A stretch of DNA of 64,000 nt from contig OZ244621.1 in assembly GCA_965218425.1 (NCBI GenBank), positions 4,032,001-4,096,000 of the forward strand, given 5' to 3'. The notes beneath the pieces were generated by a model. That model saw nothing but the letters and a program-made list of their open reading frames with translations. It had not been told where the DNA came from and made no database searches. Of this stretch, positions 1 to 8,384 are shown in pieces. This stretch comes from an uncultured Candidatus Binatia bacterium (GTDB taxonomy: Bacteria; Desulfobacterota; Binatia; UBA9968; CAXXLF01). Numbering within the stretch: the first letter of the stretch is position 1; each line of letters opens with the position of its first letter. The position numbers and the translations under genes were made by a program.

Positions 1-587
1 CGAGCCGCGGCGACCTCAGCGCGGTAACCCTGTTCAATAATCTCCATGGACTTTGTAAGCGCCCCGATCTCCTCCTCGCTCTTGACGTAACGCACCTCGG
101 TGAGGATCGGCGTGGCATCCACCAACTCCGCGTTGGGAAATGCTTCCCGGATTTGCTTCCAAGTCCCATAGAGAATAGTCCCCTCCGGCGTGCGGGTACC
201 TTCCACTTCCCCTAGACCGGCGATGCCGATACGCCCTCGATCCACCTTCAATTCCCTCAGCCGCTCCACCACGACTCGCCCGTAATTGCGACGGGCCTCA
301 CGAACGTCCTTGGTCCAGTCCTGCACGTTGGGCCAACGGGCGGTGGCGGTGGTGGCCGCTACAGTCACCTCCCCCTCCAATGGAAATACAGCGGCCAGGT
401 CCGCATCACCCCCACCACCGCAATGGGTCAAATAACGCGTGCTGGCTTGAAAATCCATGGAGTGTCCCGTGTTTTGCGGGGTAACGATAGCGTCTAAGCG
501 TTGTTCACGCATGAGCTTTCGCACAGCCGCCCATCTGCGGTCCCGCTCGGCCAAGGAAAATCGAGGATAGGAATGAAGTTCAGCCAT
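1..587 (-). CDS. M24 family (Xaa-Pro/creatinase-like) peptidase, 5' part; runs off window start
   Basis: Manual translation MAELHSYPRFSLAERDRRWAAVRKLMREQRLDAIV...RYVKSEEEI (creatinase N-domain plus the 'R.VKS.EEI' junction motif); GGAGG RBS upstream; absent from the ORF track because it is truncated. Confidence 0.8.
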   Translation of the reverse strand, partial: MAELHSYPRFSLAERDRRWAAVRKLMREQRLDAIVTPQNTGHSMDFQASTRYLTHCGGGGDADLAAVFPLEGEVTVAATTATARWPNVQDWTKDVREARRNYGRVVVERLRELKVDRGRIGIAGLGEVEGTRTPEGTILYGTWKQIREAFPNAELVDATPILTEVRYVKSEEEIGALTKSMEIIEQGYRAEVAAA

Positions 588-614
588 TTAAACCTCCATT
601 CGATATATTAACGA

Positions 615-1523
615 TTATCGGGGCACCGCCAGCTCCAGAAAGTTCCCCCCGGGATCCTTAAAATAGAGAGAACTCTGAATGGGAGCCGATGGAGGATGAT
701 CCATCGGACCTTGAAAGGGTTTTTGGTGTTCGTCTAAGAGCGTGGCAGTATTGTCGAGCACGGAACGATCGGTACGAAACGCGATTCGCGGCGAACCCAC
801 AGCCTGCTCCTCTGGAGGCTCCTGCCGATGTTTTGTGGCGAGATAAAGCCCCAAGGCAGCTTTACCAAATTGGATGTATAGCTGGGCGGTTACCCTTGGA
901 ACCCGCCTCCTGTTTTCTGTATAAAGTGCATCCCAACGCCTGCTCCCGGGGGCCATATCTTCTTTTCCCTCGCCCCATCGTATTGCCCGCGCAAAATCCG
1001 CCGTGCTCCAGCCAACACGATGGGCCACCGGAAGCCCCAAGATGTTAACGTAAAAATCCTCCGCCCACTCAAGGTCCACCACTTCCACGGCAGCGTGGTC
1101 GATCCCCTGGACGGTCGCTTTTCCCGCCGATTGTCCGTTAGACGCAACCAATTGAATCCGGTTGCCGTTGGGATCGCAAAAATAAAAATTGTCCCCGGTC
1201 TCCTGAGGTCGGTCTTCTCGATAGCTATGGACCTCGATGCCCCGCTGCTTTAACTCCGTGGCTATGGCATCGCGGCCGGATCCTCCGATTGTGTAGGCTT
1301 GATGGGTTCCTGTCTCGGGAAGCTTGGTAAGGTAAGGGTCTTCAGAAAGGATCAGGGACTGCCCCTGTCCAGTCTTAAAGGCCGCATTGTGCTCACAGTC
1401 AGGCCAGAGGTCACGTCCCAGGGGTTCAAAACCCAGTATACGGTGATAAAACTCTTCAGAGCGCTGCAGGTCAGAGACTGCAATGGAGATATGATTGATG
1501 GCCTCGACTTGTAGCCCACTCAT
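615..1523 (-). CDS. Two-domain VOC (glyoxalase/extradiol dioxygenase fold) protein
   Basis: INHISIAVSDLQRSEEFY...YFCDPNGNRIQL and IDHAAVEV...YFKDPGGNFLEL; ATG at 1523 preferred to TTG at 1535. Confidence 0.85.
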   Translation of the reverse strand: MSGLQVEAINHISIAVSDLQRSEEFYHRILGFEPLGRDLWPDCEHNAAFKTGQGQSLILSEDPYLTKLPETGTHQAYTIGGSGRDAIATELKQRGIEVHSYREDRPQETGDNFYFCDPNGNRIQLVASNGQSAGKATVQGIDHAAVEVVDLEWAEDFYVNILGLPVAHRVGWSTADFARAIRWGEGKEDMAPGSRRWDALYTENRRRVPRVTAQLYIQFGKAALGLYLATKHRQEPPEEQAVGSPRIAFRTDRSVLDNTATLLDEHQKPFQGPMDHPPSAPIQSSLYFKDPGGNFLELAVPR

Positions 1524-1538
1524 TTCAGACCCCAAGGT

Positions 1539-2006
1539 TCATCCCACGTCCAGCACGGTCGGTTTCTGGTAATTCTGACCCTCGTCACGACGCCAGAGGA
1601 TTTCGAGGAAATTACCGCTTGGGTCTTTGAAATAGATGGACTGGCCAAAGGGGCCCTTTTCCGGATGCTCCACCGGACCTTCAAACGGAATACTACGTTC
1701 CTTCAGTGTCTCCAGGGTCTTGTCAAAGCGAGCGCGCGGGACACGAAAAGCATGACGAAAACCATGGGCACCGCGGTGTTGGCCTTGCGCAGGCATGGGC
1801 ATGTAATCATGGGCCACCACCAATGCGAGAAGATAATCTTCCAGAACCACAGAACCATGAACGGACCTTCCCCGCATGGCATCCTCGGTACTAAAGTTCA
1901 CGCGGGTGTTCTGGCGGGCACCCAAAACCTGACAGTAAAATTCCTCCGCTTCCTTTAGGTCGTGCACACAGATACCGCTGTGACTTAGACTCTCCACGTC
2001 TGCCAT
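1539..2006 (-). CDS. VOC family protein
   Basis: LSHSGICVHDLKEAEEFY...RHAF...YFKDPSGNFLEI; AGGAGG RBS before ATG 2006. Confidence 0.85.
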   Translation of the reverse strand: MADVESLSHSGICVHDLKEAEEFYCQVLGARQNTRVNFSTEDAMRGRSVHGSVVLEDYLLALVVAHDYMPMPAQGQHRGAHGFRHAFRVPRARFDKTLETLKERSIPFEGPVEHPEKGPFGQSIYFKDPSGNFLEILWRRDEGQNYQKPTVLDVG

Positions 2007-2017
2007 GGTCGATCCTC

Positions 2018-2827
2018 CTATGCCTGTTGAACCTGGGGAGCACAAAATTCAGCGCCGCACACCGGCGGAACCAGCTGCTCCGGATCAAAATCCTTGCGAG
2101 CCAGGACCACTTCGGGGTCCACAACCACCGTGCCATCCTCTTCAATGGTAACTGGATGGATTCTAAGGGGGGCGAGATTATGGATATGGCCCGTGTGCTG
2201 TCCCTTGCGATTAAAAGTGGCACCGTGAAAGGAGCAGAAAAAACGCCAGTGTTCCTTCTGCCACGCGATCTGTCCGTTCATGTGCGAGCACCAGCGGGAA
2301 AGGGCGATAAATCCCTCGGAATGACGGACGAGATAGAACTTCGCCTTGCCGAAGAGAGTCACCGAGCCGATGGCAAAATCATCAATCTTGCCACAGTGGA
2401 CCTTTCCCACTCCTGGTCTGATAATCTCATGGGCCTCGGGGCCAAAGGCCTGCACTTGGTATCTGTGGCCGTCGGGGTCATAGACATCCATGCTCTTCTC
2501 CCCCATGGCTCTAAAGGCCTCCCGGTTGTCGCTGATGTCGTACCCTCGCTCTTTTAACCTTTCCTGGGCGCGTTTGTACTGCTCGATGGTGAGAAGCCAT
2601 GCGTGATGGATGCTTCCGCTATTGGGACGGAAGGGTTCCACCTTGGGCACCTGTACCAGGAGAACCATCTGCCCCGTATTCATTTTCAGGAGTAAATTGG
2701 GACCTTCCTCGGAGACAAGGTTTCTTCCCACTGGATCCAACCCCAACACCTCTTGATAGAACTTCTCCGACCGGTCGAGATCCGTCACTTGAATCACCAG
2801 GTGACTGAAACCCTCAACAAGCGTCAT
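2018..2827 (-). CDS. VOC domain-Rieske [2Fe-2S] domain fusion protein
   Basis: N-terminal FSHLVIQVTDLDRSEKFY...DPDGHRYQ; C-terminal CSHMNG...CSFHG Rieske ligands; GGAGG RBS. Confidence 0.85.
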   Translation of the reverse strand: MTLVEGFSHLVIQVTDLDRSEKFYQEVLGLDPVGRNLVSEEGPNLLLKMNTGQMVLLVQVPKVEPFRPNSGSIHHAWLLTIEQYKRAQERLKERGYDISDNREAFRAMGEKSMDVYDPDGHRYQVQAFGPEAHEIIRPGVGKVHCGKIDDFAIGSVTLFGKAKFYLVRHSEGFIALSRWCSHMNGQIAWQKEHWRFFCSFHGATFNRKGQHTGHIHNLAPLRIHPVTIEEDGTVVVDPEVVLARKDFDPEQLVPPVCGAEFCAPQVQQA

Positions 2828-3069
2828 TTGTACCTCCATGCCGCAGCGACAAAATGCTCACCAATGATATTCCACCTATCTTCCTATAGAACGGGAAGCA
2901 AATTCCTGTCAAGCCAGGGCAGGCATTGGACCTCCATTAAAAGTGCGACAAAAAGACCCTTTGGACCACTGTGGTGGGGCAGGATCATTTGACATTTCAC
3001 CCCCATTGCAGTTTTCTAGATGTAAGGCTTCCAAAAAAGGCTGTTGTGAACCCCGGTCCAAAGGACTCC

Positions 3070-3423
3070 GTGGAAATACACATTAAGAATCTCAAGATAA
3101 AGGCTATCATTGGCATTAACGACTGGGAGCGCAAGGAGAAGCAGGATGTGATCGTCAATGTGGCCTTGGAGCTGGATGCTTCCAGCGCAGCCCAAACCGA
3201 TCGAATCGAAGATACTCTCAATTATAAGACGTTAACGAAACGCATCATCAGTGAGGTGGAGTCGTCAGAATTTTATTTACTTGAGAAGCTGGCCCACCAC
3301 ATCCTTAATCTTGTCTTGGAAGACAACAAGGCAATAAGGGGAACCGTGGAGGTGGATAAACCCCAGGCACTGAGGTTCGCGGATTCCGTCTCGGTGAAAT
3401 GTTCAGGGGAGCGACGTGCATGA
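3070..3423 (+). CDS. folB: Dihydroneopterin aldolase
   Basis: IHIKNL...IIGINDWERKEKQ...TLNYK...LLEKLA...KPQALRFADSVSV; GTG start inferred. Confidence 0.9.
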   Translation: MEIHIKNLKIKAIIGINDWERKEKQDVIVNVALELDASSAAQTDRIEDTLNYKTLTKRIISEVESSEFYLLEKLAHHILNLVLEDNKAIRGTVEVDKPQALRFADSVSVKCSGERRA

Positions 3424-3803
3424 ACCGGGTGGTAATCGGCATCGGCTCCAATATCCAACCAGAGGCCAATATCTCAAAAGCCATCAAAAGGATCGCCGAG
3501 TCCCATCGGATTCTCAATGAGTCTCGCTTCGTGGAAACGGAGCCCCTCGCGGGACGAGACCAACCTAACTATGTGAATGGAGCCATCCTGATTCAGACAT
3601 CCATGGACCGGGAGGAGCTCAAAGCGTGGCTCAGAGAGCTGGAAGATGACCTGGGTCGCACCCGGAGTATCGATAGATACGATTCACGAACCATCGATCT
3701 CGATATCGTAGTCTGGAGCGGAAAGATCGTAGACGAAGACGTTTATGAAAGGGAATTCTTGAAGGCCGCCATACTGGAGATCTGTCCGCGGCTTAACATT
3801 TAG
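3420..3803 (+). CDS. folK: 2-amino-4-hydroxy-6-hydroxymethyldihydropteridine pyrophosphokinase
   Basis: IGIGSNI, QPNYVNGA, RTIDLDIV motifs; ATGA overlap with folB. Confidence 0.9.
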   Translation: MNRVVIGIGSNIQPEANISKAIKRIAESHRILNESRFVETEPLAGRDQPNYVNGAILIQTSMDREELKAWLRELEDDLGRTRSIDRYDSRTIDLDIVVWSGKIVDEDVYEREFLKAAILEICPRLNI

Positions 3804-3813
3804 TACTGGCGGT

Positions 3814-4341
3814 GTGAAAGAAAAACTGGTCATAGGGGCTTACTTGTCGGCTGCGGTTGCGGCCAATATCACCGTTCACTACTTCGGTCCCGCCGCCATG
3901 CCCCTGATCGCTTTTTTTATGATCGGCCTGGACCTTTCCAGCCGCGATTATCTCCACGAGGCATGGGAGGGGAAAAACCTGGGTTGGAAAATGCTGGCCT
4001 TGATAGGTTGCGGCTCAATCCTGACGTTCATCGTGAATCGGGAAGCCGATAGGGTCGCCGTCGCCTCCTTCCTGGCGTTTGCCGGTGCCGGGGCAAGTGA
4101 CGCTGTCATCTATGGAATTCTTAAAGGAAGGGCAAGATTGCTAAAGGTAAATGGGTCCAACCTCATCAGCGCCCTTGTGGATTCCGTGGTATTCCCCGCC
4201 GCAGCATTTGGAATCTTCAGTATCCCCGTTATTGCGGCCCAGTACGCCGCTAAGGTAGGAGGCGGATTCTTCTGGTCCATGATTCTAGAGAGGTTCATGT
4301 GGGGGCGTGAGGCATCAGGCCCCGTGGTCAAACAGGGTTGA
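3814..4341 (+). CDS. VUT (vitamin uptake transporter, YhhQ-like) family membrane protein
   Basis: Multi-TM; AANI...RDYLHE...RVAVASFLAF...SNLISALVDSVVFPAAAFG...KVGGG. Confidence 0.75.
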   Translation: MKEKLVIGAYLSAAVAANITVHYFGPAAMPLIAFFMIGLDLSSRDYLHEAWEGKNLGWKMLALIGCGSILTFIVNREADRVAVASFLAFAGAGASDAVIYGILKGRARLLKVNGSNLISALVDSVVFPAAAFGIFSIPVIAAQYAAKVGGGFFWSMILERFMWGREASGPVVKQG

Positions 4342-4368
4342 GCAAAAACCGAGACCTAGGATTTACCC

Positions 4369-5349
4369 ATGGCTTACATTTGTCTATTTACATTCCTCGT
4401 GTGGTCATGGCTGCCCATCGGTCTTGGCTTTTCTGCCGCCGCTCCGTTTAAAGTCGAATCCGCAAGGATCGAACCGGCCAATTCCAACGGGGAACGCCAT
4501 GGGCAACTGGTTTTTCTAGGCGGCTTCGAATTGGCATCCAAGGACTCCCGTTTTGGGGGCCTCTCGGGTCTGGCCCTGAGCAAGGATGGAAGCCAGCTTT
4601 ATGCCATATCTGACCGGGGCTACTGGCTCACCGCCCGCCTTCACCACGACGGCCAGGGAGTGCTTAAGCGTGTGGATTCATGGCAAATGGCCTCCCTGCT
4701 TACTCCCGCAGGAAAGGCCCTCAAGGGTTCCATGCGCGACGCGGAGGCTTTGGTTCGCGACCGGGATGGCTCTTTCATTGTAGGCTTCGAGCGCCACCCA
4801 CGACTGTGGCGGTACCCTGGTTCTGGGGAGGCCTTTGCCCTTCCCCCTCGACCGCTTCCTCTCCCGGCGGGCCTCCAAAAAGCGCCTTCCAACGGGGGAC
4901 TCGAAGCAGTGGCAATACTGCCCGACCGCCGATTTGTACTGATCACGGAAAGATACAAAAATGAGAACGGCACTACCAGGGGGTGGCTAATGGACCGGAA
5001 GGGATCATCCTCAATCTCCTATCTACAATCCGACGGCTTTGAGCCCACTGACGTCTCCACCCTTCCCAATGGCGATCTCATTCTATTGGAGCGACGTTAT
5101 AGCCTGTTGAGGGGAGCGATTGTCCGGGTCCGACGACTAACCGCCGACAGCATAAGGCCGGGGGCTCGCCTCAAAGGGCAAGAGATTGCCCTTCTGGAGC
5201 CGCCCTTCGAGGTGGATAATTTTGAAGGCCTGGCGGTATGCCACCACCCCTCGGCCGGGACCCTACTTTACATGATATCCGACGACAACTACAGCCCCCT
5301 GCAGCGCACCCTCTTGTTGCAATTTCGCCTAATCAAGTCTACTCCATAA
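4369..5349 (+). CDS. Esterase-like activity of phytase family protein (exported)
   Basis: Signal peptide; FGGLSGL, AISDRG, DAEAL, NGGLEAV, DNFEGLA, ISDDNYS motifs. Confidence 0.85.
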   Translation: MAYICLFTFLVWSWLPIGLGFSAAAPFKVESARIEPANSNGERHGQLVFLGGFELASKDSRFGGLSGLALSKDGSQLYAISDRGYWLTARLHHDGQGVLKRVDSWQMASLLTPAGKALKGSMRDAEALVRDRDGSFIVGFERHPRLWRYPGSGEAFALPPRPLPLPAGLQKAPSNGGLEAVAILPDRRFVLITERYKNENGTTRGWLMDRKGSSSISYLQSDGFEPTDVSTLPNGDLILLERRYSLLRGAIVRVRRLTADSIRPGARLKGQEIALLEPPFEVDNFEGLAVCHHPSAGTLLYMISDDNYSPLQRTLLLQFRLIKSTP

Positions 5350-5393
5350 CAAATCCTTCGACCCAAGACCGGCCAACGAAAGGAGTCGACGAG

Positions 5394-6410
5394 ATGAACA
5401 GAGACAAAAAACTGTTGGAGATGAGTCTCGAAGAGATCCGTGAGGCGGCCCACCGCAGCATCTTACCCGAAGCATGGGAACACATCATGGGGGCCGCTGA
5501 AAGTATGTCGACTCTGCGCAGAAACCAGGTTGCCATGCGTAGGATTTTATTCCGACAGAGAATTTTTCACGATGTCACTGATCCGGATATCACACTGGAA
5601 CTCTTCGGTCGTCGCCTGCCAATTCCTATTGCGGTGGCCCCGGTGGGAAGTTTTAGCAAGATCGGCCCAAGAGCCGAGCGGGAGGTCGTGGAGGGGGCCG
5701 GCCGCGCAGGGGCCATGGTATTCGTGAGCCACGCCGCCAGGTCCAACGCCCGTGAATGGGCGCAGGGAGCCTCTAGCCCGTTGGTTTTTATGGGGTACCT
5801 GAGCCGCGGGAGAGATGGCGTGCTGAACTATGCACGAGAAGCCGAAAAGTTGGGATATGCCGCAGTGGGTCTGACCATGGATACGGTCCAGCCAACAAAA
5901 ATTGGGGACCACGTCCCTTTGAGCAATGATGGAAAGCCAAGGCAGGGACACGCCTCGTCCCCAAAGGACATCGAATGGCTGAAACGGGAGGTCTCGCTAC
6001 CGGTGGTCGTCAAAGGGATCATGGGGAGTGAGGATGCCCGCATCGCTGTGGAGGCTGGAGCGGACTGCTTGGTGGTATCGAACCATGGGGGTCGAGTGCT
6101 GGATTTTAACCGCGCATCCATCGAAGCGCTGCCCGAGGTGGTTCAGGCAGTGGAAAGCAAAGTTCCCATCTTGCTCGACAGCGGCATACGAAGAGGGAGC
6201 GACATCGTCAAGGCCCTGGCCCTGGGCGCCAAGGCCGTTCTCGTGGGCCGGCCCATATGCTGGGGGCTCGGGGCCGGCGGATCTGACGGAGTGGAGAGGG
6301 TCTTTCAAATCCTTACAGAGGAGATGAAGCGAGTGCTGATCATGACGGGGACAGGTTCGGTGGCAGAGATCAGCAGGTCAATATTGGCTTCGAACAACCA
6401 GGGACAATGA
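5394..6410 (+). CDS. FMN-dependent alpha-hydroxy acid oxidase/dehydrogenase family
   Basis: PVVVKGI, VSNHGGR, DSGIRRGSDIVKALALGA; AGGAG RBS before ATG 5394. Confidence 0.9.
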   Translation: MNRDKKLLEMSLEEIREAAHRSILPEAWEHIMGAAESMSTLRRNQVAMRRILFRQRIFHDVTDPDITLELFGRRLPIPIAVAPVGSFSKIGPRAEREVVEGAGRAGAMVFVSHAARSNAREWAQGASSPLVFMGYLSRGRDGVLNYAREAEKLGYAAVGLTMDTVQPTKIGDHVPLSNDGKPRQGHASSPKDIEWLKREVSLPVVVKGIMGSEDARIAVEAGADCLVVSNHGGRVLDFNRASIEALPEVVQAVESKVPILLDSGIRRGSDIVKALALGAKAVLVGRPICWGLGAGGSDGVERVFQILTEEMKRVLIMTGTGSVAEISRSILASNNQGQ

Positions 6411-6484
6411 TCGGGTACGTTACTTTTTGCTTCCACCCTTTGGCTGCTTTGGATGATCTCCTTGGTCGTTCCTCCGCCAGGACA

Positions 6485-6754
6485 CTAAGGTCCCCTACTG
6501 ACTCTGATGTCGATATTGAGGACCTCACCCTTGCGAATCATGTTAAAGGATTCCACCTTTGTGACAACGGAACGAAGAAATTCTTTCGCCGGTCTCTCAA
6601 TGGAAACTACAATGTCTTCCGTGGGCGAACCATCCAGTGTTACGGTTCCTTTCACGATTCCAGTCTGATCCATCCCTTCGGCACCAAAGGCGATACCGAA
6701 ATGGATCGAGTAAAACAAAAACACACCGAGGGAAAGAATTCGGAAGTTTTTCAT
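6485..6754 (-). pseudogene. Internally deleted carboxypeptidase-regulatory-like (cupredoxin-like) exported protein
   Basis: Signal peptide plus GIVKGTVTLDGSPTEDIVVSIE joined directly to a C-terminal strand (VESFNMIRKGEVLNIDI); lacks the core seen in the neighbouring paralog. Confidence 0.5.
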
Positions 6755-7497
6755 TTCCCTACCCTTTGTGCAGCAGACAAGAAAAAGTCTACTTTGGAGA
6801 CTCCCCCGTCCTTGATCTCAACCGGCTTCTCCAGCGTTCCCAGACTCTCGTGCCAAACCTTCAAACGATAATTCCCTGGAGGTATGTCACGGATTTCATA
6901 TTTACCAAGGATGTCTGTCACGGCGTGGTAAGGGTGCTCCGTCACAACAATGTAAGCCCTCATCCAGGGGTGGACATCACAAAAAAAGGGGACGACACCA
7001 GGGCTCACTAGCGGTTTCCGACTCACCTTTCCTGGGTAGAGACCGAGATTAAAATCGGGTTGTCCACCCTTGAAATAAGCATGGGCGGTGTGAAGGATGG
7101 GGTCGCTGTTTCTAACCGCCAACCATTGCCCTACGCTGGCCGCCTGCACACGGGGCACAAAGCGGCACTCTTTGTTGTCCAACTCATTCACCACCTCCCG
7201 CTCCACTCTCTTTCCCCTGGTCACTCCCTCCAGGGTCAAAACGGCATATCGGACCCCAGCCTCAAATCCCACAACAATGCTTTCGTTGGGAACCCCTTCG
7301 CACACTTGTTTAAATTTAAATATCTCCGGCGCCGGGAGCTGGTCTAGTTTTCCTTGCAGCTTTACGACACCCTTGATCATCCCTCCGTCAGTAACCTGAA
7401 CGCCCTCGTAGCCTCCGATCACCGAAGGGGAAAAGAGCAAAGCTAAAAATACCAAAATTGAACAGAACGTCTCTCTTGCATTGCACATCATGACCAT
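6751..7497 (-). CDS. Carboxypeptidase regulatory-like domain exported protein
   Basis: GMIKGVV, CRFVPRV, NSDPILHTAH, CDVHPWM, HPYHAVTD, PPGNYRLKVWHE. Confidence 0.8.
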   Translation of the reverse strand: MVMMCNARETFCSILVFLALLFSPSVIGGYEGVQVTDGGMIKGVVKLQGKLDQLPAPEIFKFKQVCEGVPNESIVVGFEAGVRYAVLTLEGVTRGKRVEREVVNELDNKECRFVPRVQAASVGQWLAVRNSDPILHTAHAYFKGGQPDFNLGLYPGKVSRKPLVSPGVVPFFCDVHPWMRAYIVVTEHPYHAVTDILGKYEIRDIPPGNYRLKVWHESLGTLEKPVEIKDGGVSKVDFFLSAAQRVGK

Positions 7498-7504
7498 CAG
7501 CTAG

Positions 7505-7520
7505 AGCAAGGTGTATGCCA
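7505..7520 (-). promoter_or_regulatory. sigma54 (-24/-12) promoter
   Basis: TGGCATACACCTTGCT on the minus strand (GG-N10-GC) just upstream of 7497. Confidence 0.55.
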
Positions 7521-7655
7521 GAGAAATGATAGATAGGCATTCAGCAAGGGCTACGGCTTTCCTTAGAATTCGGAAATTCATGTGAGAATAGTCCCACCTG
7601 CAAGAACCAGGCACTGAAAGGCCCCTATCCAACAACGAAATCTCCATCTCCGGAT

Positions 7656-7671
7656 TGGCACATTTTATGCA
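7656..7671 (+). promoter_or_regulatory. sigma54 (-24/-12) promoter
   Basis: TGGCACATTTTATGCA, followed by an AAGGAGG RBS at 7692. Confidence 0.65.
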
Positions 7672-7698
7672 AATTCTAATTTAGTCAATTTAAGGAGG

Positions 7699-7920
7699 AC
7701 GGCAACAGACTTTTTCAGAGCTCTCCCGGGCCGGAGTCCGCTACGCATTGGAGTTGGCGAAAGTGGTCAAAGCCGAGGTCACCGTATATCACGTGGTAAG
7801 CCAGGGCGAACTCATGTGGATTTGGGAGCCGGCCACGGGTCGGATTCTCTGATACCCCCCCGATGCTTGATAAATACCATGAGCGTCGCGGGGGTTTGCC
7901 TTTTCTCCTTCATGGGGGCA
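7699..7920 (+). pseudogene. Universal stress protein remnant
   Basis: ATDF/frameshift/SELSRAGVRYALELAKVVKAEVTVYHVV matches a USP N-terminus; start codon lost after the RBS; stop follows. Confidence 0.65.
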
Positions 7921-7963
7921 TGAAGAAGAGATTGCTCCCCACTGATTTTCTTTGCACTTCTTT

Positions 7964-8137
7964 ATGGCCTCCACCACACGGAAAAATCCGGAAAGTAAAA
8001 GCCGCAAGAAGCTGGGTCGGATTCCCCTGCCACAGAAAACGAGCCGTCCCCAAACCACCAAAAAGGGAAAGAAGGGTTACGATCGTATGAGGGACAGAAA
8101 AGACATTTTGAAAGAGGGAGCGGATGACCTTGAGTAA
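7964..8137 (+). CDS. Small basic hypothetical protein
   Basis: 57-aa Lys/Arg-rich ORF (RIPLPQKTSRPQTTKKGKKGYDR); no clear RBS. Confidence 0.4.
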   Translation: MASTTRKNPESKSRKKLGRIPLPQKTSRPQTTKKGKKGYDRMRDRKDILKEGADDLE

Positions 8138-8174
8138 AAGCAGCAACCAAAAGGTCGGCACCAGGGGAACCAAC

Positions 8175-8263
8175 AGTGTTGAGTGTAAAGTGTTAAGCGA
8201 GGGAAAAATTCAAAAAATCGGGAATGATCGATTCTTAACACTGGAGGCTCAGCACTCAACACT
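8175..8263. repeat. Imperfect palindromic element with heptamer-periodic arms
   Basis: AGTGTTGAGTGTAAAGTGTTAAG ... CTTAACACT(GGAGGCTCA)GCACTCAACACT. Confidence 0.55.
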
Positions 8264-8384
8264 TCCTCGCTGAAGGTTGACGTTTGAACGGTATCCCCCC
8301 TCAACCCTCGTTATTCGTCACTCATTAGATTAGCCGCTCTGTGCGATCCCCTGCCACCGATAATTGCCGGTCATATTGGTCGGC

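Noticed and set aside
1523..1541. TGA stop of the single VOC gene is in frame with the next double-VOC gene (possible read-through or Sec fusion)
   Set aside because: The UGA is in a linker, not at a Cys-equivalent position; no convincing SECIS; in-frame adjacency occurs one time in three by chance.
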